A DNA stretch of 64,000 nt from Kiritimatiellia bacterium. Lineage in GTDB: Bacteria > Verrucomicrobiota > Kiritimatiellia > RFP12 > UBA1067. The position numbers were made by a program, and so were the translations under genes. This document shows positions 18,805 through 27,686 of this stretch, piece after piece (position 1 is the first letter of the stretch; each line of letters begins with the position of its first letter). The stretch lies in the NCBI GenBank assembly GCA_028700415.1, contig JAQVSS010000002.1, positions 2,323 through 66,322 on the forward strand. The letters run 5' to 3'. The notes below the pieces were generated by a model. The model did no database searches and was not told the origin of the DNA. It was given only the letters and a program-made list of their open reading frames with translations.

Positions 18805-19965
18805 ATGAAAAATTTCACGTATTTCAATCCGGTGAAGATTGTGTTTGGCAAAGGAATGATTGCTGAACTCAACGAGCTGATTCCTGAGGGGGTCAAGGTC
18901 ATGCTCACTTACGGCGGCGGGTCGATCAAGAGGAACGGTGTCTATGACCAGGTGCGCCGGGCTCTGTCGGGACGTGCGGTGATCGAGTTCGGGGGGGTCG
19001 AGCCCAACCCGCGGTATGAGACCTGCATGAAGGCCGCCGCCCAGGCCAAAGACGAGGATGTCGGTTTCCTGCTGGCGGTCGGTGGGGGGTCTGTCTTGGA
19101 CGGGACCAAATTTATCGCTGTCGCGGCACGGTACGGAACGGGCGATCCCTGGGAGATCATGGAGGGGGGCAAGCCTGTGACGGCGGCTCTGCCGCTGGGG
19201 TCGGTACTGACGCTGCCCGCGACCGGGTCTGAGATGAACGACTTCGCGGTGATCTCCCGCAACTCGACCGGCGAGAAACTGGCGTTCGCGTCGCCGTGGG
19301 TGTATCCGAAGTTTTCCGTACTCGATCCCGAAACCACGTATTCGCTGCCTGAAAGGCAAGTCGAAAACGGCATCATCGACACGTTCGCGCATGTCATGGA
19401 GCAGTACATGTGCGCGATAGGGTGCTCGCCGTTGACCGAGCGGCAGTCCGAGGCGGTGCTGCTGACGCTGATTGAGGAAGCTCCGAAGGTGAAAGAGCGG
19501 CCGCGCGATTACGGGGTGCGAGCGAACCTGATGTGGTGCGCGACGACCGGCCTTAACGGGTCACTGGGATGCGGGGTGGAGGCGCAGGACTGGGCGACGC
19601 ACATGATCGGCCACGAGTTGACGGCGCTCTACGGCATCGACCACGGCCGTACGCTGGCGGCGATTATGCCTGCGGTACACCGCCACGAGATCACGCGTAA
19701 ACAAAAGCGGCTTGCGCAGTGTGCCCGGCGGGTATGGGGGATACATGAGGCTGACGAAGGAGTATGCGCCGCGCTGGCCATTGACAAGATGGAGGCTTTT
19801 TTCCGCAAAGTTGGGGTGCCGACGCGGCTCTCCGAGTACGGCATCGATGCGGCAGATGCGGGACGTCAGGTTGCGGAGCGGCTCGCCAAGCGTGGCGTTT
19901 TGATCGGCGAATACGGTGACCTCGGCGAGAAGGCTGTCCGTGAAATCGTCGCGCTGGCGAAGTGA
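18805..19965 (+). CDS. Iron-containing alcohol dehydrogenase (YqhD/butanol dehydrogenase-like)
   Basis: Start at ATG 18805 (MKNFTYFNPVKIVFGKGMI...). GGGSVLDGTKF, metal-ligand His region (DWATHMIGHELTALYGIDHG). 386 aa. Confidence 0.88.
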   Translation: MKNFTYFNPVKIVFGKGMIAELNELIPEGVKVMLTYGGGSIKRNGVYDQVRRALSGRAVIEFGGVEPNPRYETCMKAAAQAKDEDVGFLLAVGGGSVLDGTKFIAVAARYGTGDPWEIMEGGKPVTAALPLGSVLTLPATGSEMNDFAVISRNSTGEKLAFASPWVYPKFSVLDPETTYSLPERQVENGIIDTFAHVMEQYMCAIGCSPLTERQSEAVLLTLIEEAPKVKERPRDYGVRANLMWCATTGLNGSLGCGVEAQDWATHMIGHELTALYGIDHGRTLAAIMPAVHRHEITRKQKRLAQCARRVWGIHEADEGVCAALAIDKMEAFFRKVGVPTRLSEYGIDAADAGRQVAERLAKRGVLIGEYGDLGEKAVREIVALAK

Positions 19966-20119
19966 CACTCGCCCAAAATCGCTATCGGTATCGGGATCGG
20001 CGCCTTTGTGCCATACGTCGCAGTTTTCTTGCGATTCAAAACTTGTCCTTGCGGGGGGACTGAATCGAGGGTAAATTATACCTATATCGCGGTACTCCAT
20101 TGGAATTGAGAAGAATTTT

Positions 20120-23100
20120 ATGATAAAAAAGCTTTTTGGGGGCGATCCCCGCCAGGGTGTTTTTTTCAGGCGCATTGACTGGAACGCATTTTGGACGGCG
20201 ACAGTTATCTCATTCCTTGTTTATTTTTTCACGCTTGGGCCTTCCGTGACATTGGAGGATTCGGGCGAGTTGGCGGTGGCGGGGGATCACCTGGGCGTTC
20301 CGCATCCGCCCGGATATCCGATCTGGACGATATGCGCCTACCTTTTCTCGCGGTTGTTCAGCTGGGTCACGTTCCGGGGGCAGCCGACTCCCGCATGGAG
20401 CATCTCGTTGATGTCAGGGGTATTCGCCGCGCTGGCAGCCGGCCTTACGGCGATGCTGATAACGCGTTCGGCCTCGGACATGATGCGGGATGCGCATGAA
20501 GGCGAGGAAGATTTCCAGCAAGGCGAGAGCGACCTGTTGTGCTGGGCAGGAGGCGTTGGCGGCAGCCTGGTGTTCGCGTTCAGCCCGGTCATGTGGTCGC
20601 AGGCGACCATTGTCGAGGTCTACACGCTCAACGCGTTGTTCCTCATGTGGATTTTTCTGCTGACCTATCGCTGGATGCGGTGCCCGGCGGACAAAATCCT
20701 TTGGTTGACCGCATTTGTGTTCGGGCTGGGGCTCACGAATTATCAGGTGCTGTTGCTCGCGGCTCTTCCGCTGGTCGTGATGATTTTCCTGAGGGACATC
20801 GGGCTGTTCCGTGATTTCCTGTTGGTGGGGATACCGTTTCTGCTGACCGCGCATGTGCTGCAGATCGGCTCATTTCTGCCAGCCGCGCCGGGGGCTAACG
20901 GCCCGGCGTACGCAAAGTTCATGCCGCTGTCCAGGGTTTCCGTGCCGTCGATGGCCCTTTTGGTGACGGGCGGCGTGTGTGTGGCCTTCGCTGTGATGTC
21001 AGCACTGGTTTTGGATGCGTGCCGGAAAGTCACGGGGCAGGGAACGGGGCGCGAAAAGCAAAAAGCCGCGGCGTGGGCGACGTGGCTGGAAAAACTTGGC
21101 GGACTGAGTCAAAAGGGGGCCTGGGTCGCTGCAGGCGTGGCCGGTTTCGGTGCGTTACTGGTTTTGTTTTCGACAGCCGCCGCGCGCGAGGTGTCCGTGG
21201 CGGCGACGGACGCGCCGTTGCTTGCACCCGGGGTTTACACCAGCGTTGCCGGATTAATAATCCTTGTTCTCGCGTTTTGCCTAGGCGGTGCGTATGCGTA
21301 TAAAGGACGCCTGAATGACAAAGAAACACTCCCTTGGGTGATTGCGGCAGGGGCGGCTTTGCTGATTCTTTTTTTCCGGCTTTCTGCGATCAAGGGTGCC
21401 GTTCTCCCGCAGGGATATATGGGGGTACCGTTCGACTGGGCGCTGCCCACTGTCGGACTGGCGGGCGCATTGATTGTGCTTTTCTTGCTCAGCGCGACGA
21501 TTCCGCGCGGGGTGTTCTATGCGCTTCCTGTAGCCGCAGTCCAACTCGCCGTGTATGTGCTGCTGCGTAAAGGCGGCATGAACGGCTTGACGCATCCGAC
21601 CTCCTGGTGGTTCTGGTGGCCGGTCATCTGGAATTTCCTCGTCATCGGGCTGGCCGGGTTCATGTTGCCCAACGGGCGCAGCGTGGCGCTGACTACCCTT
21701 TTTGCCGAGTTGGGCATCTCTTTCTATATCTACATGCCGATCGTCTCTGATTTGCGCAACCCTCCCATGAATTGGGGGTATCCCCGCACATGGGAAGGTT
21801 TCAAACATGCCATCACGCGCGGACAGTATGAAAAACTGGCGCCGTCCGATGTTTTCACGAAAAAATTCCTTTTCCAACTCGGCACCTATTTTACCGATCT
21901 GCGTGTGCAGTTCACCCTTATTGCGGCAACACTGGGGTTCCTTCCGTTCACGCTATGGAGTTTCAGGGTTGGGACACGTCGCATCCGCGCGGTGTATGTG
22001 GCGACGGGACTTTACCTTCTGACCTGCTTGCTTGTGGTGCTTTCCGAATTTGTCGGCGGCGAACCGCTGTGGCGCATGGACAAATTGCTGATCGGCCTGA
22101 TTCTGTTGCTGTTGGTGATCGGCGTTGTGGCCATCGTGTTGCGCCAAGTGGAGGAGTTCGTTCTCAGGACATGGCGGGCACACAGCCTTTCTGAAGGGAT
22201 GACGGTTGGCCTTTCGCTCGCGGGTGTTATGGCCGTGATGGGCGTCTTTCTTGCCAAAGGGCTGATACATATGCTGTCGGGGCCGGGTGAACCGGGGTTG
22301 GGCATCAAAGTGAGCGCGCTAATCTTGGCGCTGCTGATTCTGGCCGCGTTAGGTGTGGGTTGGTATTACTTCCGGAAAATTGCCGAGAAAAAGACTGATT
22401 TCCGTTCCGACATGGATATGGTCACTCAGCAGTGGATGATCGCGACGGCGTCCGGATTTCTGGTGATGAGTGTTTTGTTAGTGGTTCTTGCGAACATTAA
22501 AGGCGATTTGCAGGATGCCTTTATCCAGAAGGTGAAGTTTGTGAGTTCGCACGGACTTTTCGCGATTTGGATCGGGTATGGTTTGGCATTCGGGCTGACG
22601 TTGGGTAACCGGATACTCAAGGCGCTGGCACGCAGGGGGGTGCTGCCGGGCAGGTTGCTGCCGGTGTTGCGGGCGGTTTTAGTGTGCGCGGGACTGCTCG
22701 TGGCCACGATCCCGATTTATGAGAACTATACGAACGAGTATCTGGTCTTTTCGATGAGTGGCGCGGAACAGAACGGGCACGATTTCGGTTGGCAGTTCGG
22801 TAATTATCAGTTGCGGGGGGCGGAAGCCGTCATGGAAGAATTGGAGGCGGATGAGGAACCCCTGCCCAACCCGCTCTTCCCGCCCGCAATGGAAACCAAC
22901 GCCATCTTTTTCGGCGGTACGGATCCGGGCCGTTTTGTGCCGACGTACATGATCTATTCGGCGGAGGTGAGGCCCGACGTCTTTCTGATCACGCAGAACG
23001 CGCTCGCGGACAACACCTATATGTCCACCATGCGGGATCTTTACGGGAACCCGATATGGATCCCGACGCCGGACGACAGCGCACGCGCTTTCCAAATATA

Positions 23101-24295
23101 TGTCGATGAGGTGCAGGCGGGCAAACGGCCGAAAAACGCCTCGCTCACGATCGAGAACGGGCGTGTACAGGTGAGCGGCGCGTTGGGAGTGATGGAGATC
23201 AACGGTATTTTATGCGATATGATTTTCGCGAAGAACAAAGCCCGTCACGCTTTTTATATCGAAGAGAGTTATGTCATCCAGTGGATGTTCCCTTATCTTT
23301 CTCCGCATGGCCTGATCATGAAGATCAACTCCGAGAAGCAGCAGCTTTCCCGCAGCAACGTGGAGGACGACATGGCGTTTTGGGACTGGTATACGCGGAG
23401 GCTGCTGCGCGAAGCCGCTTTCCGGCGTGATCTTCCCGCCCAGAAATCCTTTTCCAAACTGCGCAGCGCAATCGCCGGACTTTACGCGGCACGCGGTCTG
23501 CGGGCAGAGGCCGAGAAAGCCTTTCAGGAAGCCCGCACGCTTTATCCCGTAAGTCCCGAGGCCAATTTCCGGTTGATCCAGGAGGTATTGCTGGCGCAAG
23601 CGCGCTACGCGGAGGCCATCGACATTCTTGACGAATACAACCGCCGTGACCCCAACAACGACCGCGGTTTCGGTTTTGCCGATTTCATTAAGCGTATCCG
23701 CAACACCGAGGCCAAGGTCCGCATGCTGACGACAAAGGCGCAACAGGCCAAAACGCTCACGCCGGAAGATGCGTTTGAACTGGCTCTCGCGTACCGGGAT
23801 CTCGGCCAAAACGATTCGGCCGCGAACTATCTTCAACAGCTTGTCACGCTTCCAAACCTGCCCGTCACAAAACTTTTTGAGATCGGTTGTTTGTTGAGTA
23901 CTCTCAAGAAAACCGAGGCCGCCGTTAAGGCCATGGACCGTGTGATTGAACAGATGCCGGCGAATATGCCCCCCGAGCAGCTGCTTGAGGTCGTGCGGGT
24001 TTACGGTGAGGCCGGACAGGCCGACAAAATGATCGCGCCCTTGTCGCGGTACCTGCAGCTGCGGCCGAACGATTGGCAGGCATGGCTCGACATGGCCACC
24101 CTGTGCGCGATGAAGCAGCAGCAGCAGCAGATGCAGTTCGCCCTGCAGCGGGCGCTTGAACTTGGAAAAGGTCAAGCTGCGCAACGCATTCAAGAAAACA
24201 ACATCCTGAGGCAGGTCGCCGCGCCGTTTCTGCAACAGCTCATGCGGCAGAGGCCGGCCGGACTGCCGCCGATCGGACCGATACGGGGGCGTTGA
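20120..24295 (+). CDS. DUF2723/TMEM260-like GT-C-fold membrane glycosyltransferase candidate fused to C-terminal TPR repeats (1391 aa)
   Basis: N-terminal hallmark FTLGPSVTLEDSGELAVAGDHLGVPHPPGYPIWT. More than 20 hydrophobic segments. The C-terminal third is soluble with TPR-like repeats (AFQEARTLYPVSPEANFRL..., ALAYRDLGQNDSAANYL..., RYLQLRPNDWQAWLDMA). Confidence 0.7.
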   Translation: MIKKLFGGDPRQGVFFRRIDWNAFWTATVISFLVYFFTLGPSVTLEDSGELAVAGDHLGVPHPPGYPIWTICAYLFSRLFSWVTFRGQPTPAWSISLMSGVFAALAAGLTAMLITRSASDMMRDAHEGEEDFQQGESDLLCWAGGVGGSLVFAFSPVMWSQATIVEVYTLNALFLMWIFLLTYRWMRCPADKILWLTAFVFGLGLTNYQVLLLAALPLVVMIFLRDIGLFRDFLLVGIPFLLTAHVLQIGSFLPAAPGANGPAYAKFMPLSRVSVPSMALLVTGGVCVAFAVMSALVLDACRKVTGQGTGREKQKAAAWATWLEKLGGLSQKGAWVAAGVAGFGALLVLFSTAAAREVSVAATDAPLLAPGVYTSVAGLIILVLAFCLGGAYAYKGRLNDKETLPWVIAAGAALLILFFRLSAIKGAVLPQGYMGVPFDWALPTVGLAGALIVLFLLSATIPRGVFYALPVAAVQLAVYVLLRKGGMNGLTHPTSWWFWWPVIWNFLVIGLAGFMLPNGRSVALTTLFAELGISFYIYMPIVSDLRNPPMNWGYPRTWEGFKHAITRGQYEKLAPSDVFTKKFLFQLGTYFTDLRVQFTLIAATLGFLPFTLWSFRVGTRRIRAVYVATGLYLLTCLLVVLSEFVGGEPLWRMDKLLIGLILLLLVIGVVAIVLRQVEEFVLRTWRAHSLSEGMTVGLSLAGVMAVMGVFLAKGLIHMLSGPGEPGLGIKVSALILALLILAALGVGWYYFRKIAEKKTDFRSDMDMVTQQWMIATASGFLVMSVLLVVLANIKGDLQDAFIQKVKFVSSHGLFAIWIGYGLAFGLTLGNRILKALARRGVLPGRLLPVLRAVLVCAGLLVATIPIYENYTNEYLVFSMSGAEQNGHDFGWQFGNYQLRGAEAVMEELEADEEPLPNPLFPPAMETNAIFFGGTDPGRFVPTYMIYSAEVRPDVFLITQNALADNTYMSTMRDLYGNPIWIPTPDDSARAFQIYVDEVQAGKRPKNASLTIENGRVQVSGALGVMEINGILCDMIFAKNKARHAFYIEESYVIQWMFPYLSPHGLIMKINSEKQQLSRSNVEDDMAFWDWYTRRLLREAAFRRDLPAQKSFSKLRSAIAGLYAARGLRAEAEKAFQEARTLYPVSPEANFRLIQEVLLAQARYAEAIDILDEYNRRDPNNDRGFGFADFIKRIRNTEAKVRMLTTKAQQAKTLTPEDAFELALAYRDLGQNDSAANYLQQLVTLPNLPVTKLFEIGCLLSTLKKTEAAVKAMDRVIEQMPANMPPEQLLEVVRVYGEAGQADKMIAPLSRYLQLRPNDWQAWLDMATLCAMKQQQQQMQFALQRALELGKGQAAQRIQENNILRQVAAPFLQQLMRQRPAGLPPIGPIRGR

Positions 24296-24297
24296 GC

Positions 24298-25908
24298 ATG
24301 GGCAAAATCGGTTTGTCAGGCGTCGGATGGCTGGTGGCTCTAACCGGTGTTGTGGCGTGCGCGTTAGCGCTGCGTCTGCCGTGTCTTGATCAGCGGCCGA
24401 TGCATGGAGACGAGGCAAATCAGGCGGTGCGCACCGGCATTCTGATGGAGGCGGGGACCTATCATTACGACCCGACGGATCACCACGGCCCCGTTTTATA
24501 TTTTGCCGCGCTGCCGTTTTGCCGCATGACGGCGGAAACGTTCGCCGAAACGACCGAATGGAATTACCGCCTTGTGCCGGTGTGTTTCAGCATCCTCACA
24601 CTTCTTCTGATGCTGGGGTTGGGACGTGCCGGGGACGGCGGGCTTTTCCAAAACCGTATCGGCCTTTTTTGCGCGTTACTGTTCACTGCGCTATCGCCTG
24701 CGATGGCGTATTACAGCCGCTTTTTTATTCAGGAGACGATGCTGGTCACCTTCCTGACGGGGATGTTGGTGTGTGGCCGGCTCTATGCGCATGCGCGGTC
24801 GGGTGCGGAAGCCGCACAGGAAGGCGTTAGGCACTCCTTAACGGGGGCAGCCTGGTATTCGATCGGATTCGGCATGTTCGCGGGACTGGCGGCTGCGACC
24901 AAAGAGACGGTTGTCCTTTCGTTTTTTTCGATGTCGGTTGCAGCCGTTGCGGTATTCGGGTGGCGGAGGGTGCGTGCGGCATGGAACGCGCCGCATGCGG
25001 CGTTGGCCATAGGATCGGCGGCGGTTGTCGCGGTTGTGTTGTTCTCCTCTTTTTTCACTTATCCGAAAGGGGTGTATGAGGCGATAGTCTCAACGGTTCC
25101 CGCCTATCTTTCACGCGCCACGACGGTCGCCGAGCATCAACATCCGTGGTGGTTCTACCTGAAAGCCGTTTTCTGGTTCAAGTACGGTCGCAGTCCGGTC
25201 TGGAGCGAGGCGGGGTTACTTGTTCCGGCACTGCTGGCGGCGGTTGAAGCCGTATGGCCGCGCAGGCGGGACGCAGAGGCGTCACGCCGAACCCGTTTTG
25301 TCCGTTTCGTGTTGGTTTACACGCTCGTGCTGACCGGGGTATATTCCGCCATCCCGTACAAAACGCCGTGGTGTATGCTCTCGTTTCTTCACGGGTATAT
25401 CTTGCTGGCAGGTGTGGGGGTCGGTATCGCCGTGGACTGGCTGTGCCGGCAAACATGGCCCGTATCCCGCGTGGCCGGTTTGGCGACGGTGGCCGTACTG
25501 GTTGGTGGCCTGGCCTGCCGGCAGGCCAGGATGGCAGGCCGCGCCTGTTTCACTTGGGCAGCCGACCCGCGGAATCCGTTTGTCTATGCGCACACTGGAC
25601 GCGATGCGATGAATCTGGTCGCCGCCGTCGAAGAGGCGGCGAGTAAGGCACAAGGGTACGGAACGCTTATTGCTGTTGCCGTGCCGACACCCGACACATG
25701 GCCTTTGCCCTGGTATTTGCGCAAATACAAGCGGGTCGGTTATTGGACGCGCGTAGAGCAGATTCCTGAGACCGTGAAACCGGCCATTGTGATCGTAGCC
25801 GCCGATCAGGGTGATGTGGCGGACGAACGGTTCGGACAGGGAAAGCGCTCCTCTTTTTATGGTATCCGGCCGGGCGTGCTGTTGAACGTGTTCGTGCCCA
25901 GCCCGTAG
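24298..25908 (+). CDS. TIGR03663-like / GT-C (PMT/ArnT-like) polytopic membrane protein
   Basis: LRLPCLDQRPMHGDEANQAVRTGILMEAGTYHYDPTDHHGPVLYF, then about 12 TM segments. The start region abuts the stop of the preceding gene (TGA 24293-24295, ATG 24298, alternative TTG 24292). Confidence 0.65.
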   Translation: MGKIGLSGVGWLVALTGVVACALALRLPCLDQRPMHGDEANQAVRTGILMEAGTYHYDPTDHHGPVLYFAALPFCRMTAETFAETTEWNYRLVPVCFSILTLLLMLGLGRAGDGGLFQNRIGLFCALLFTALSPAMAYYSRFFIQETMLVTFLTGMLVCGRLYAHARSGAEAAQEGVRHSLTGAAWYSIGFGMFAGLAAATKETVVLSFFSMSVAAVAVFGWRRVRAAWNAPHAALAIGSAAVVAVVLFSSFFTYPKGVYEAIVSTVPAYLSRATTVAEHQHPWWFYLKAVFWFKYGRSPVWSEAGLLVPALLAAVEAVWPRRRDAEASRRTRFVRFVLVYTLVLTGVYSAIPYKTPWCMLSFLHGYILLAGVGVGIAVDWLCRQTWPVSRVAGLATVAVLVGGLACRQARMAGRACFTWAADPRNPFVYAHTGRDAMNLVAAVEEAASKAQGYGTLIAVAVPTPDTWPLPWYLRKYKRVGYWTRVEQIPETVKPAIVIVAADQGDVADERFGQGKRSSFYGIRPGVLLNVFVPSP

Positions 25909-25916
25909 TTTCCCGC

Positions 25917-26258
25917 TTATTTGGCTGTCTTCTCCAACACCGCGCCGATTTTGCAGGAAGCGGCGAACTGGTCTTGCGGCGTGCGTAACAACGCCACACC
26001 CTCGCGCCGGGCCGCATCGAGCATGTCTTCCGGGATGTCGCGGCGGTGGACCACGAGAACGGCGGGCGCGCCGACAAGCGTACAGACCGCCACCGTGTTT
26101 TTGTGGTTCTGCACGGTGACAAGCACCGCCCCGTCCGGACAGTGCGCGATCACATCGCTGAGCAGATCCGACGTGTAAGCGCCGGTCACCTCCGTCTGCG
26201 GGGCCGCCACCAGCACGGGTTCAAAGCCGCACGCATGGATCAGGTTCTGAAGGGTCAT
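25917..26258 (-). CDS. Single-domain DRTGG protein (copy 2)
   Basis: 113 aa. Contains TGAYTSDLLSDVIAHCPDGAVLVTVQNHKNTVAV...GAPAVLVV, the pattern of stand-alone DRTGG proteins. Its start overlaps the upstream gene's stop (ATGA, 26255-26258). Confidence 0.75.
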   Translation of the reverse strand: MTLQNLIHACGFEPVLVAAPQTEVTGAYTSDLLSDVIAHCPDGAVLVTVQNHKNTVAVCTLVGAPAVLVVHRRDIPEDMLDAARREGVALLRTPQDQFAASCKIGAVLEKTAK

Positions 26259-27223
26259 GGCGGCGTGTTCCCGATTTGAATCACAGATTTGACGGTCGTG
26301 CCCGAGCCTTTCTTCGAGGTGATCTCAAACTCGTCGGACACCCGCTTCACGTTCACCAGCCCCATTCCAGCGCCGAACCCCAACGACCGGATCCATTCGC
26401 TGGCCGTGGACGTGCCGTCCCGGCAGGCCCATTCCACGTCCTCGATGCCCGGCCCAGCGTCACGCGCAATGATTTCGGACCGTCCGTTGGCCACTTGCCA
26501 CGAGAGCACCCCCCCGTCAGAATGGACACAGAGATTGATCTCCAGCTCGTAGGCGGCCACCGCAACACGGCGGATGTCTTTCGGCGGGAACTTTTTCTCC
26601 TGCAAAATCTGCTTGATCTGATTCGCGGCCTTGCCGGCGCTCTCGAAATCGTATTTGCAGATGGGGAACTCGCGCAGCACATAGATGTTGCTTGACCCGT
26701 CGCGCATCACGTTCTGTCCGGACGCACTCTCCAACCGGTTCAGCTCGCTCGTCAACTCCACGAGCAGGACACGATTGATGTCGCGCTGACAAATGATGCC
26801 CACCAACCGCTGATCGCGGTTCAGCACGGGGAACCTCCCGTAGGAGTAACGGTCGAAATAGCGCAACGCGAACGAGAGCGGCATGTCGTCTTCGAGGACC
26901 ACCAGTTTTGTGGTCATATGACGGCTGCACGGATCATCGATGTAGCCGCCGCCAAGTGCCCGGATAATGTCGTCGATGCTGACAAGCCCGAAAAAGCGGC
27001 CGTTCTCTTCCACAGGTATGCCGCTGATCTTTTTCTTTCGCATCAGTTCCTGAGCGGCACGCATCGGCGCATCCCGGGACACGGTGACCAGTTTAGGAGT
27101 CATCACGTCGCGCACTTTAAGCCGCTGGATCAGTTCGAGCAAGACCAGCGGTTCATTGTCGACGCCGAAGTAAGCCCCGGTTTTGACGTGGCGGGCGACC
27201 GGACTCTGGGACACGACGCTCAT
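26255..27223 (-). CDS. CBS-pair plus GHKL (RsbW/SpoIIAB-like) serine-kinase-type ATPase
   Basis: Two CBS modules (VRDVMTPKLVTVSRDAPM...ISGIPVEENGRFFGLVSIDDI; HMTTKLVVLEDDMPL...GRFPVLNRDQRLVGIICQRDI). GHKL boxes: N (AAYELEINLCVH), G1 (ARDAGPGI), G2 (LGFGAGMGL). 322 aa. Confidence 0.8.
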   Translation of the reverse strand: MSVVSQSPVARHVKTGAYFGVDNEPLVLLELIQRLKVRDVMTPKLVTVSRDAPMRAAQELMRKKKISGIPVEENGRFFGLVSIDDIIRALGGGYIDDPCSRHMTTKLVVLEDDMPLSFALRYFDRYSYGRFPVLNRDQRLVGIICQRDINRVLLVELTSELNRLESASGQNVMRDGSSNIYVLREFPICKYDFESAGKAANQIKQILQEKKFPPKDIRRVAVAAYELEINLCVHSDGGVLSWQVANGRSEIIARDAGPGIEDVEWACRDGTSTASEWIRSLGFGAGMGLVNVKRVSDEFEITSKKGSGTTVKSVIQIGNTPP

Positions 27224-27558
27224 GCCCGGTTAAGTGCGGCATGAACCGCAACGCAGGCGTCATATTTCGCGAGCGGACAGATGGCGAGCGTCATGCGGAG
27301 GTCATTGGCGACGTTCACCATGGACGACGGCATCGGCTTGCCGTTCACAAGAATAACGCCGACCGCGCCCACAATTTGTGCCGTGCGGAGAACCTGATCA
27401 CTCGCCAACGAGGTCAAGAGCAGAAGGTCCTCCTCGTCCACGAGCAATACGTCACTCATCAGGTCGGAGGCCACCACATGCCGGACCGCCTTGTGGCAAC
27501 TTTCCCCTTTGACCAGAACATCCGCTTTGATTGCTTCCGCCACCTCAATAACCGTCAT
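27220..27558 (-). CDS. Single-domain DRTGG protein (copy 1)
   Basis: Start chosen at ATG 27558 (MTVIEVAEAIKADVLV...). Contains RHVVASDLMSDVLLVDEEDLLLLTSLASDQVLRTAQIVGAVGVILVNG. Its stop overlaps the kinase start (27220-27223). Confidence 0.72.
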   Translation of the reverse strand: MTVIEVAEAIKADVLVKGESCHKAVRHVVASDLMSDVLLVDEEDLLLLTSLASDQVLRTAQIVGAVGVILVNGKPMPSSMVNVANDLRMTLAICPLAKYDACVAVHAALNRA

Positions 27559-27686
27559 AAAACCTTTCTTTCCACACCGCACTTAAATGTCCATTGGTGA
27601 TTTAGCATGAACTGAAAAACAGGAACGTATTATATCGGCGCGGACCGTTTTGAACAACCCGAAAAACACGATTTGCAGTTTACCCT

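Noticed and set aside
24116-24130. (CAG)5 microsatellite
   Set aside because: It lies in frame within the TPR tail of the DUF2723 protein and encodes Q5. It is short and isolated, with no evidence of function.
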